Assembly: GCF_006345805.1 (NCBI RefSeq)
Contig: NW_021824594.1
Location: forward strand, 1-18,038
Direction: 5' to 3'
Length of the DNA: 18,038 nt
Source: Octopus sinensis
Taxonomy: Eukaryota
The notes under the pieces were generated by a model. It did not search any database. It was not told the DNA's origin and worked only from the letters and a program-made list of their open reading frames with translations. Shown here in pieces: positions 1 to 9,704 of the stretch (position 1 is its first letter; the number at the start of each line of letters is the position of its first letter). A program made the position numbers and the translations under genes.

Positions 1-169
1 ATATACGACAGGCTTCTTTCAGTTTCATTCTACCAAATCCACTCACAAGGCTTTGGTCCACCTGAGGCTATAGTAGAAGATACTTGCCCAAGGTGCCACG
101 CAGTATGACTGAACCCAGAAACATGTGGTTCATGAGCAAGCTACTTACCACACAACCACTCCTACGCCT
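1..169 (-). mobile_element. tRNA-derived SINE family A, 5' half (cut by window edge)
   Basis: Reverse complement matches the head seen in many copies in this window (ggcgcaggagtggctgtgtggtaagtagcttgc...ggttcagtcccactgcgtggcaccttgggcaagtgtcttc). Confidence 0.85.
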
Positions 170-229
170 ATTGTGAATACATACACATATGTACACACAT
201 ATATGTGTGTGTGTGTGTGTGTGTGTGAA

Positions 230-556
230 GGCACATGGCTCAGTGGTTAGAGAGTTGGGCTCACAAACATGAGGTTGTGAGTTCGATTCACAGACTGGGC
301 TTTGTGTTGTGTTCTTGAGCAAGACTCTTTATTTCACGTTGCTCCAGTTCACTCAGCTGTAGAAATGAGTTGCAACGTCACTGGTGCCAAGCTGTATCGG
401 CCCCTTTGCCTTTCCCTTGGATAACATCAGTGGCATGGAGAGTGGGGGCTGGTATGCATGGGTGACTGCTGGTCTTCCATAAACAACCGGACTTGTGCCT
501 CGGAGGGTAACTTTCTAGGTGAAATCCCATGGTCAGTCATGACTGAAAGGGGTCTT
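230..556 (+). mobile_element. tRNA-derived SINE, family E (single copy in window)
   Basis: A box TGGCTCAGTGG and B-box-like GAGTTCGATTC, followed by gtgttgtgttcttgagcaagac (resembles conserved SINE central domains). It starts right after a (TG)n tract. Confidence 0.75.
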
Positions 557-697
557 TATATGGATATATATCAATAAGGTTTACATTACTAGTGCTTCTT
601 ATAATTTGTAAGGTGTATACATATATATATAATATATATATATATAATATATATATAATTATATATTATATGCATGTATATATGTATTATAATATAT

Positions 698-995
698 ATA
701 ATATGTGACAATTATTCAGTAGCCAAGATAAATCTCCGAGTTTCAGATGTTTGGGTGGAAACTCATGCTGCCATCTCTTCCGTTATTGGGCCATCAAAAA
801 AGTTTTCATAGCATTTTTTTGATGGCCGGATAACTGAAGCGATGGTGGTGTGGATTTCCACCTCGGCATCCGAAACTCGGAGTTTTATCATGGCTACCGA
901 ATAATTGTCACATATTATCTTTACAGATAAATTCCTCTATTTACATAATATCAAGGTCACTTTCATTCTTTTGTTGTCATACCATTTCTATCAAT
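698..995. mobile_element. Penelope-like pseudo-LTR-type fold-back unit 1 (inverted arms 698-918 plus about 70-bp tail)
   Basis: Imperfect palindrome of about 220 bp (ataatatgtgacaatt...aattgtcacatattat), hammerhead motif in each arm, and a tail shared with unit 2 followed by a TA-rich microsatellite. Confidence 0.6.
823..897 (+). ncRNA. Minimal type I hammerhead ribozyme motif (A9>C lesion)
   Basis: GATAA (829-833) pairs with TTATC (885-889) as stem I. Core CTGAAGC 834-840, stem II 841-871, GAAA 872-875, stem III ctcggag, cleavage triplet GTT 882-884. Confidence 0.6.
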
Positions 996-1027
996 ATATG
1001 TATATATATATACATATATGTATGTAT

Positions 1028-1297
1028 ATCTGTAAATATAATATGTGACAATTATGTGGTAGCCAATATAAAATTCTGAGTTTCGGATGCCGAGGTGGAA
1101 ATCCACAACACCATCTCTTCAATTATCTGGCCATCTCTGAAGAGATGGTGGTGTGTATTTCCACCTCGGCATCCGAAACTCAGAGTTTTATCTTGGCTAC
1201 CACTAATTGTCACATATTATATTTACAGATAAATTCCTCTATTTGCATAATATTGAGGTCTCTTTCTTTCTTTTGTTATCTTACCGTTTTTACCAAT
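1028..1297. mobile_element. Penelope-like pseudo-LTR-type fold-back unit 2
   Basis: Palindrome 1028-1230 (atctgtaaatataatatgtgacaatta / taattgtcacatattatatttacagat) plus tail 1231-1297 homologous to about 930-995. Tandem period is 340 bp (701 vs 1041). Confidence 0.6.
1137..1199 (+). ncRNA. Minimal type I hammerhead ribozyme motif (intact core, stem I 5' strand deleted)
   Basis: CTGAAGA 1137-1143, GATG..CATC / GTGG..CCAC stem II, GAAA 1175-1178, GTT 1185-1187, TTATC 1188-1192. Confidence 0.55.
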
Positions 1298-1299
1298 AA

Positions 1300-1359
1300 T
1301 ATATGTATGTATATATATATATTTTTATATATATATATATATATGTATGTATATGTATG

Positions 1360-1391
<32 letters not shown>

Positions 1392-1401
1392 ATATATATA
1401 T
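1300..1401. repeat. (TA)n/(TATG)n microsatellite
   Basis: Direct reading. Confidence 0.95.
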
Positions 1402-1419
1402 AAAGGAGACAACACGCAC

Positions 1420-2035
1420 AAAACAACAGCACCACCAAAACCTGATCGAAGCACGGGTCAAAATAGCTAGTCTACCTATATAAGAGAGGAAAAAAACTTG
1501 TTCACTTTGGCTTTGGTAAGGATTCAATGGCACTAGACGTGCTAGGATTGAGGTGAATATTGGCAGGGATACTAAATGCATGGTGAGGATGCGACCCGCG
1601 ATGGTTAAAATTCTCAAGCTATAAAGATGTGTTTGCTATGGCAAAAAGAGTGATTTTTTCAAAATATTTCAGCATTCAGAAATAGATACGTTGCAAGAGG
1701 AACAACTCAGTAGTTTCAATGATTACATTTCCAAGTAACGACTGTACATAAATATCAAAATTACTTATCTTTTGCAAAATACTATGTGAATCTGCATGCG
1801 TGCATGAGTGTTTGCATGTGTGTGTGTTTGCGTGTGTGTGTGTGTGTGTGCGTGCATATGAGCACGAGAGTTGGCTGTTCATTCAATCGAATTCTAAAGG
1901 GTCGAAACAAACCCGAGCAACACCGGGCAATACTGCTAGTCTTATATATAAATGGCAATTTCTGTCTACCTGTTGCCATCTTGCTGCCTACACCAGTGAA
2001 CCAATCTTGATGAAACTTTGCATACATGTTAAACT
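1420..2035 (-). mobile_element. Chain of non-autonomous Helentron/HINE (DINE-1-like) fragments
   Basis: Minus strand reads ...aagtttcatcaagattggtt...ttgccatttatatataaga|ctagcagtattgcccggtgttgctcggg (junction near 1940) and ...ctcttatataggtaga|ctagctattttgacccgtgcttcg (junction near 1470). The head at 1939 matches the element at 12941 in 30 of 33 nt. Confidence 0.6.
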
Positions 2036-2240
2036 AACATCCAGTTACATAATAGACCAATTGGATTTCAATAATGGGTGGGGGGGGGTTGTAGCACATG
2101 TTTACAAATCAATAACGCATCTACTGATATGAATTAAGTAAGGCTTCTGTAAGGTTCAACCATGCACTCCTTCATGTAAACAGCATGCGACCTTTGTGAT
2201 AACAACTCAGCTTTCCAAAAGGAAGACAGTTCTGTACATA

Positions 2241-2762
2241 GCGCAGGAGTGGCTGTGCGGTAAGTGGGGGTCAGCGGGCGCTTTCGTCTTCTCCCATCAC
2301 CATCTTCGTTCCCTCACCATCATTCATTAATGTCTATGTCCAGCCCGCGAAGCTACTCTCTGTGTAATGCCCTTGTGACGAATTAAATAAAATTAAGTAG
2401 CTTGTTTACCAACCACATGGTTCCGGGTTCAGTCCCACTGTGTGGCACCCTGGGCAAGCGTCTTCTACTATAGCCTTGGGCCGACCAAAGCCTTGTCAGT
2501 GGATTTGGATGACAGAAACTGAAAGAAGTCCGTCATATATGTATACAAATATATATGTTTGTGTGTCTGTGTTTGTCCCCCTAGCATTGATTGACAACCG
2601 ATGCTAGTGTGTTTATGTCCCCGTCACTTAGCGGTTCGGCAAAAGAGACCGATAGAATAAGTACTGGGCTTACAAAGAATAAGTCCCGGGGTCGAGTTGC
2701 TCGATTAAAGGCGGTACTCCAGTATGGCCGCAGTCAATTGACTGAAACAAGTAAAAGAGTAA
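2241..2762 (+). mobile_element. SINE family A, full length, with a 133-bp insertion in its tRNA-like head
   Basis: Head, central domain, short TA/TG linker and 3' module ending gcagtc..gactgaaacaagtaaaagag. Confidence 0.9.
2266..2398 (+). mobile_element. Short insertion, probably a 5'-truncated retroposon 3' end
   Basis: Flanked by TAAGT direct repeats (2261-2265, 2394-2398) and ends in gcccttgtgacgaattaaataaaat. Confidence 0.5.
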
Positions 2763-3012
2763 GGCTAAGGTCACATTAAGGACACGGATATCTGCAGGAT
2801 TCATTTATAGGACATGAAACAATGTAATTACCAATGACCTTGCATTTGGTTCAGCATGATCTTAATTTGATGAATTAAATCCAAATCACCATAACATCTT
2901 AATTATTTTATGGAGCAACGTGAGATACAACCATTCTAATATAAGCTACGACAGGCAATAACACCAGCTACAATACACAAACTGTTTGTGAATGTGTTTT
3001 TAAATGTATCTA

Positions 3013-3188
3013 GGCGCAGGAGTGGCTGTGTGGTAAGTAGCTTGTTTACCAACCACATGGTTCCGGGTTCAGTCCCACTGCGTGGCACCATGGGCAAGTG
3101 TCTTCTACTATAGCCTCGGGCCGACCTAAGCCTTGTGAGTGGATTTGGTAGATGGAAACTGAAAGAAGCCCGTCGTATATATATATAT
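3013..3188 (+). mobile_element. SINE family A, 5' module only, ending in (TA)n
   Basis: Head and central domain, then (TA)n, immediately followed by a new head. Confidence 0.85.
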
Positions 3189-3600
3189 AGGCGCAGGAGT
3201 GGCTGTGGTGTGTAGCTTGTTTACCAACCACATGGTTCCGGGTTCAGTCCCACTGCATGGCACCTTGGGCAAGTGTCTTCTGCTATAGCCTTGAGCCAAC
3301 CAAAGCCTTGTGAGTGGATTTGGTAGACGGAAACTGAAAGAAGCCTGTCGTATATATGTATATATATATATATATATGTGTGTGTCTGTGTTTGTCCCCC
3401 TAGCATTGCTTGACAACCGATGCTGGTGTGTTTATGTCCCCTGTAACCTAGTGGTTCGGCAAAAGAGACCGATAGAATAAGTACTGGGCTTACAAAAGAA
3501 TAAGTTCTGGGGTCGAGTTGCTCGATTAAAGGCGATGCTCCAGCATGGCCGCAGTCAAATGACTGAAACAAGTAAAAGAGTAAAAAAAATAAAAAGAGAG
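3189..3600 (+). mobile_element. SINE family A, full length
   Basis: Both modules, internal (TA)n(TG)n and an A-rich tail. Confidence 0.9.
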
Positions 3601-3604
3601 AATA

Positions 3605-4230
3605 TGCATGGAACAGTGTAATGGTAAACGGGAACTGGGAATAACCCCTACTTTTCTGGTCAACTCATTTCTTTTACTCAGATGCATTTTCATTTTCGTA
3701 AACCAGTGATTACCGTACGCCGAAGACAGGCAAATACCTGGGAACTGCAGTCCATGCATATCACTTAGGTTTACAAGAGAGGGATGACCTCCCTTTGCAA
3801 ATACCATAAGGCAACAGAAAGTGTGCCTAAAGCCAGCTGGAGATGATGATCTGGGGCTACAAGCTACAGTAACACCCACCCTTAGTGGTTAGCCATATTG
3901 AGATGGCTTGTATACTTTACATTTTCATTTGTTAGGATAAAATAGGGACATTCCTTGTTCACCCAGTAATCATATTAATAGTTTGTAATACCTATCTTTA
4001 GTAATAAATGATGGGTTGGGCATAAAGACAGGAACTGAACAGGAAAAAAGGAGATAGGACATGCAACAGTGCAATGTTAAATGGGAACTGGGACTAATCC
4101 CTACTTTTCTGATCAACTCATTTCTTTTACTTAGATGCATTTTCATTTGTTAGGATACAATAGGGACATTCTTTGTTCACCCACTAATCGAATTAATAGT
4201 TTGTAATACCTATTTTTAACAATAAACTAT
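3605..4230. repeat. Diverged local duplication; copy 1 carries an extra 224 bp
   Basis: 3605-3695 resembles 4060-4148 and 3920-4010 resembles 4138-4230. CATTTTCATTT occurs at 3685, 3920 and 4138. Confidence 0.8.
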
Positions 4231-4325
4231 TAACATGAAGGTTAATTAAATATTTAAACGCTTAACTACACCTAACTGATTCTAAAATTTATATATATTG
4301 ACACAGGATTAGGGAAAAGATGAAA

Positions 4326-5387
4326 ATCATCATCCTCACCATCATCATCATCATCATCATCATCAGCATCACCATCATCATCACCATCATCATCATCACC
4401 ATCATCAACATCATCATCATCACCATCAACATCATCATCATCATCACCATCATCATCGCCATCATCATCACCATCATCATCACCATCATCACCATCATCA
4501 TCATCACCATCAACATCATCATCATCATCACCATCATCATCACCATCATCATCGCCATCATCACCATCATCATCATCACCATCAACATCATCATCACCAT
4601 CATCATCGCCATCATCATCACCATCATCATCACCATCATCACCATCATCATCATCACCATCAACATCATCATCATCATCACCATCATCATCACCATCATC
4701 ATCGCCATCATCACCATCATCATCATCACCATCAACAACCATCATCATCACCATCAACATCCACCATCATCATCACCTAATCATCATCACCATAATCCCT
4801 CATCATCACCACCATCAACATCACCATCATATCACCATCATCATCACCATAATCAACATCATCATCATCACCATCATCATCGCCATCATCAACATCACCA
4901 CTCAATCCATCACATCATCATCACCATCATCGCCATCATCATCATCACCATCACTCTCATCATCATCACCATCATCATCACCATTCATCATCACCACTCA
5001 TCATCATCATCACCATCATCATCACCATCATCATCACCATCATCACCTCACCATCATCATCATCATTACCATCATCATCGCCTCATCATCATCACCATCA
5101 TCATCACCTCATCATCGCCATCATCACCATCACCATCATCATCATCATTACCATCATCATCGCCATCATCATCACACCATCATCATCATCGCCATCATCA
5201 CCATCATCATCATCACCATCATCATCATCACCATCATCATCACCATCATCATCATCATCACATCAACATCATCATCATCATCACCATCATTCATCGCCAT
5301 CATCACCACACCATCATCATCATCATTACCATCATCATCGCCATCATCACCATCACCATCATCATCATCATTACCATCATCATCGCC

Positions 5388-5418
<31 letters not shown>

Positions 5419-5538
5419 CCATCATCGTCGTCGTCATCAGCATCATCATCATCATCATCTTCACCATCATCATCATCATATCTTCATCATCAACATCATC
5501 ATCTTCATCATCAACATCATCATCATCATCATCATCAT
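4326..5538. repeat. 1.2-kb imperfect (CAT)n tract with CAC/CGC/CAA variants; expanded tail of the adjacent minus-strand element
   Basis: Direct reading. It abuts the same 3' end that carries a short (CAT)n tail at 10190. Confidence 0.95.
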
Positions 5539-5692
5539 TGTTTAGTGTCTTCTTGCCATGCTGGCATGGGTTGGACGGTTTTGACTGAGGAATGGCAAGC
5601 TAGGAGGCAGCACCAGGCTCCAATCTGGTCTGGCGAGATTTCTACTACTGGATGCCCTTCCTAATGCCAACCACTCCGAGAGTGTTGTGAGT

Positions 5693-6770
5693 GCTTTTTA
5701 CATGCCACCAGTACAAGGGCCAGTCAGGCAGTACTGACATCAACAATGCTCGAATGGTGCTATTTACATACCACTGACATGGGAGCCAGTCAGGTGGCAC
5801 CAGTAATGACCACACTCGAATGGTGCATTTTGTGTGCCACCAGCATTGGAGCCTATCTGGAGGCACCAGCATTGGCCACGCTTGAATGGTGCATTTTACA
5901 TGTCCCCGACACAGTAGCCAGTCAAGTGGCCCCGACAACAAATATGCTCAAATGGTACTTTTTACATGCCTATTTCTTTACTACCCACAAGGGGCTAAAC
6001 ATAGAGGGGACAAACAAGGACAGACATAGGTATTAAGTCGATTACATCGACTCCAGTGCGTAACTGGTACTTAATTTATCGACCCCGAAAGGATGAAAGG
6101 CAAAGTTGACCTCGGTGGAATTTGAACTCAGAACGTAACCGCAGACGAAATACCTCTTTCTTTACTACCCACAAGGGGCTAAACATAGAGGGGACAAACA
6201 AGGACAGACATAGGTATTAACTCGATTACATCGACCCCAGTGCGTAACTGGTACTTAATTTATAGACCCCGAAAGGATGAAAGGCAAAGTTGACCTCGGC
6301 GGAATTTGAACTCAGAACGTAACGGCAGACGAAATACCTATTTCTTTACTACCCACAAGGGGCTAAACATAGAGGGGACAAACAAGGACAGACATAGTAT
6401 TAAGTCGATTACATCGACCCCAGTGCGTTACTGGTACTTAATTTATCAATCCCGAAAGGATGAAACGCAAAGTCGACCTCGGTGGAATTTGAACTCAGAA
6501 CGTAACCGCAGATGAAATACCGCTAAGCATTTCGCCTGGCGTGCTAACATTTCTGCCAGCTTGCCGCCTTAGCCAGCTCGCCACATGCCACCAGCACGGC
6601 AGCCAATCAGGTGACCCTGGCAATAACCATGCTTGAATGGTGCATTTTACATTCCACTGTCATGAAAGCCAGTCAGGCAGTACTGGCAACGACCTTGCTC
6701 AGATGGTGCTTTTTACATGCCACTCCAGAGGGAGTGGCATCAACCACACTCAAATGCAGTGCTGGCATCG
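5693..6770. repeat. 66-bp diverged tandem repeat, about 7 units (interrupted)
   Basis: (g/a)aatggt anchors at 5752, 5818, 5884 and 5950, then at 6635 and 6701. Confidence 0.85.
5971..6582 (-). mobile_element. tRNA-derived SINE family C (Ceph-domain-like): one full copy plus two headless 184-bp tandem copies
   Basis: Units 5971-6154, 6155-6338 and 6339-6521, head 6522-6570 (ggcggcaagctggcagaa...), B-box-like gagttcaaattcc, and ACATGCC TSD at 5964-5970 and 6583-6589. Confidence 0.85.
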
Positions 6771-6789
6771 GCCACAACAATGATAACTC

Positions 6790-6998
6790 TGTTATAGGCA
6801 CAAGACCTGAAATTTGTGAGGAGGGGGATAGTCAATTGTTTCAAACCCAGTGCATGACTGGTACTTAATTTATCGACCCCATAAGGATGAAAGGCAAAGT
6901 TGACCTCAGCGGAATTTGAACTCAGAACATAGTGGTAGATGAAATACCACAAAGCATTTCACCTGGCATGCTACTGATTCTTCCAACTTGCTGCCCAA
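6790..6998 (-). mobile_element. SINE family C, older diverged copy with a different 3' tail
   Basis: Shares ctggtacttaatttatcgacccc..ggatgaaaggcaaagttgacctc..ggaatttgaactcagaac and the head with the trimer. Confidence 0.8.
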
Positions 6999-7308
6999 TA
7001 ATAATAATAACAGAAGTAGAGGTAATAGTAGTAGTAGTAGAAGGAGGAGGAGGAGGACCTGGTGGTTGCGGAGGTGGTGACGGTGGTGGTGGTGGTGACC
7101 GTGGTGCTGCTGGTAGTGGTAGTAGTAATATTATTATCATTATTATCATCATTATTATTATTATTATTAGTAGTAGTAGTAGTAGTAGTAGTAGTGGAGT
7201 TACTGGTGCTTGTTGTGGTGGTGATGGTGGTGGTCATATGATGGTGGTTGGTGGTGGTAGTAGTAATATTATTATTATTATTATTGTTATTATTATTATT
7301 ATTATTAT

Positions 7309-7353
<45 letters not shown>

Positions 7354-7740
7354 AGTTACTGGTGCTTGTTGTGGTGGTGGTGGTGGTTATCATATCATAG
7401 TGGTGCTGGTGCTGGTAGTAGTAATATTATTAAATATTACTATTATTATTATCATCATCATCATCATCATCATCATCATTATCATTATTATTATCATCAT
7501 TATTATTATTATTATTAGTAGTAGTAGTAGAGTTACTGATGGTGGTGGTTGTCATATGGTGCTGGTGCTGGTGGTAGTATTGATACTAGTAGTAGTAGTA
7601 GTAGTAGTAGTAGTAGAAGTAGTGGTTGATGATGGTGGTGGGGTAACGAGGGCCATCGTTGATGTCGTTTCATGGTTGTTTCGGTAGTAGTAGTAGAAGT
7701 GGTACCTGTGTTAGTAGAAGTGTTGGTGGTAGTGGTGGCT
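6999..7740. repeat. Compound trinucleotide repeat (AAT/AGT/GGT/ATT/ATC) with three higher-order units
   Basis: gagttactg anchors at 7197, 7353 and 7530. Confidence 0.9.
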
Positions 7741-7819
7741 GAGACATGAATATATTCTTTATTGGCCACAAGGGTAACATGAATACAAAACATTTAATTA
7801 GCAGGGATGAAGATTTCAG

Positions 7820-8085
7820 GATGTGTGTGTGTGTAGTTTGTATGTGTGAATATGTGTGTGTGTATGTGAATAACTGTATATGTGTATTTATAAACCTATA
7901 CATAATATATATTGATATATGGAAATATATATATATATATACACATGTATATATACATGTGTGTGTGTGTATATACATATATAGAGACAGACAAGGATAT
8001 ACTGTGTGCATACCAATATATATATATATATATATATGTGTGTATGTATTTTATATATATATATTATATATATATACACTTGCAT
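7820..8085. repeat. (TG)n/(TA)n microsatellite cluster
   Basis: Direct reading. Confidence 0.9.
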
Positions 8086-8120
8086 GAATATTTGTATGTT
8101 GAAGAAGTGAAGTGAGGTAA

Positions 8121-8416
8121 ATGAAGAAGAAGAAGGAGAAGGAGGAGACGAAGAAGGAGGGGATGATGAAGAAGAAGAAGAATTGGATGAAGAAGAAGAA
8201 GAAAGAGAAGGAGATGAAGAAGAAGGAGAAAAAGAAGAAGGAGACGAAGAAGAAGAAGAAGGAAACGAAGAAGAAGGAGATGAAGAAGAAGGAACCGAAG
8301 AAGGAGACGAAGAAGAAGGAGACGAAGAAGAAAAAGATGGAGACGAAGAAGAAGAAGAGGAAGAAGAAGAAAAAATGGAAAAAGAAGAAGAAGAAATGGA
8401 AGAAGAAGAAGAATGA
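8121..8416 (+). repeat. Purine-rich (GAA)n tract with a recurring 15-bp GGAGAYGAAGAAGAA unit
   Basis: Direct reading. Confidence 0.9.
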
Positions 8417-8634
8417 TGTTTGTAAGAAGAAAGCTACAAGAGAGGAATGTGATGGTGATGGTGAGATGAGGGTGGAATCCTAAAAACTATTTTGAAACCA
8501 GTGAATTGAGATCAATGGTTCTGTTGTTTCTATGAACAGCAGAAGACACGAGTGGCAGGGAGAGAAACATCCCCAAAAGCTTTCCCCCATTGACCATATT
8601 TGTATTGGAGAACTGTATAATAAAAGCTGAAGTA

Positions 8635-9087
8635 ACATGTGTGTATGTGTACGTTTATTCATGTGTGTATGTGTGTGTGTATGTTTATATATATATGCAT
8701 ATGTCCATATATGTGTATGTGTGTGTGTCCGTGTCCATATATGTGTATATATATATGTATATGTATATACACACATATATATATACATACATACATGTAT
8801 GTGTGTATACATATAAACGATGATGATGATGATATATATATATATATATATATTCATAGATGGATTTTTATAGACCTCAGAGTGAGTGTCTGAGTATATA
8901 TATATTAAAATATATATATATATATGCATATAAATATATACACATATATATATATGTATGTATAAATATATACACAAATCTTAAGTACACTAAATTTTTT
9001 CTTTAGCTGATTTGTGTATGTCCATGTATAAATATATATATACGTGTGTGTCTGTATGTATATATATAATTTGTGTGTGTGTGTGTC

Positions 9088-9133
<46 letters not shown>

Positions 9134-9255
9134 TATATATATACACATGGATGTATGTATATATATGTGCATATTTATATATATATATATATGTATATAT
9201 ATATGCACACACACATATGTATTTCTATATACATACATACACACACTTATATATC
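8635..9255. repeat. (TA)n/(TG)n/(CA)n microsatellite cluster
   Basis: Direct reading. Confidence 0.9.
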
Positions 9256-9704
9256 CAACGTCCTAAAAATCTTTCCACCTACTGAATCTTCAAGTCTTTG
9301 ATACTAATCCACCACCATCCTGGATACCACATCTTCCAAACACCCTTGTGTTTTGTTCGCATGGTAGCAGAGTTGGGGGCAGAGTCTCTGATGGTTTTTT
9401 ATGGGTTTTATATCATTGAGTCTATCAATACCCCACCACCAATACTGCCTAGCCACAACCATCACCACCACCACCATCAAATACATATAGACACAACCCA
9501 ATAATCTAGATCTTAATTTGTTGTTCAATTGATGTATTCTTAATCGAAACCCAAATAACCTTTAAAACATTCATATACACACACTCACATGCACTCACAC
9601 ACACAACATGTATATATTATCTATCTATATTGATATCTAGTAATAAGTATTGTATTAGTGAACCTTGTTCTTGCAAACAAATTTAATGCTAACAAATATA
9701 ATAT

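Larger units (their letters stand above)
5539..6790 (-). mobile_element. RTE-like LINE 3' end or derived SINE (family D) with internal 66-bp repeats, split by an insertion at 5971-6582
   Basis: ggatgcccttcctaatgccaacc motif, (GAT)n tail on the minus strand, and a second copy at 10190-10572. RTE affinity is recalled, not searched. Confidence 0.65.

Noticed and set aside
4320-5588. 422-aa Ile/His/Ser-rich ORF and the antisense Asp- and Met-rich ORFs
   Set aside because: Translations of a (CAT)n retroposon tail, which lacks stops in most frames by composition.
5971-6582. Regularly spaced repeats resembling a CRISPR array (also the 66-bp units)
   Set aside because: Whole units are repeated with no unique spacers, there are no cas genes, and the context is eukaryotic retroposon DNA.
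6932-7687. 251-aa Gly/Ile/Ser/Val ORF
   Set aside because: Read-through of compound trinucleotide repeats, starting inside a SINE.
8121-8483. Lys-rich 120-aa ORF
   Set aside because: Alternative frame of a GAA repeat.
7746-9301. Tyr/Ile/Cys/Val-rich ORFs
   Set aside because: Translations of (TA)n/(TG)n microsatellites.
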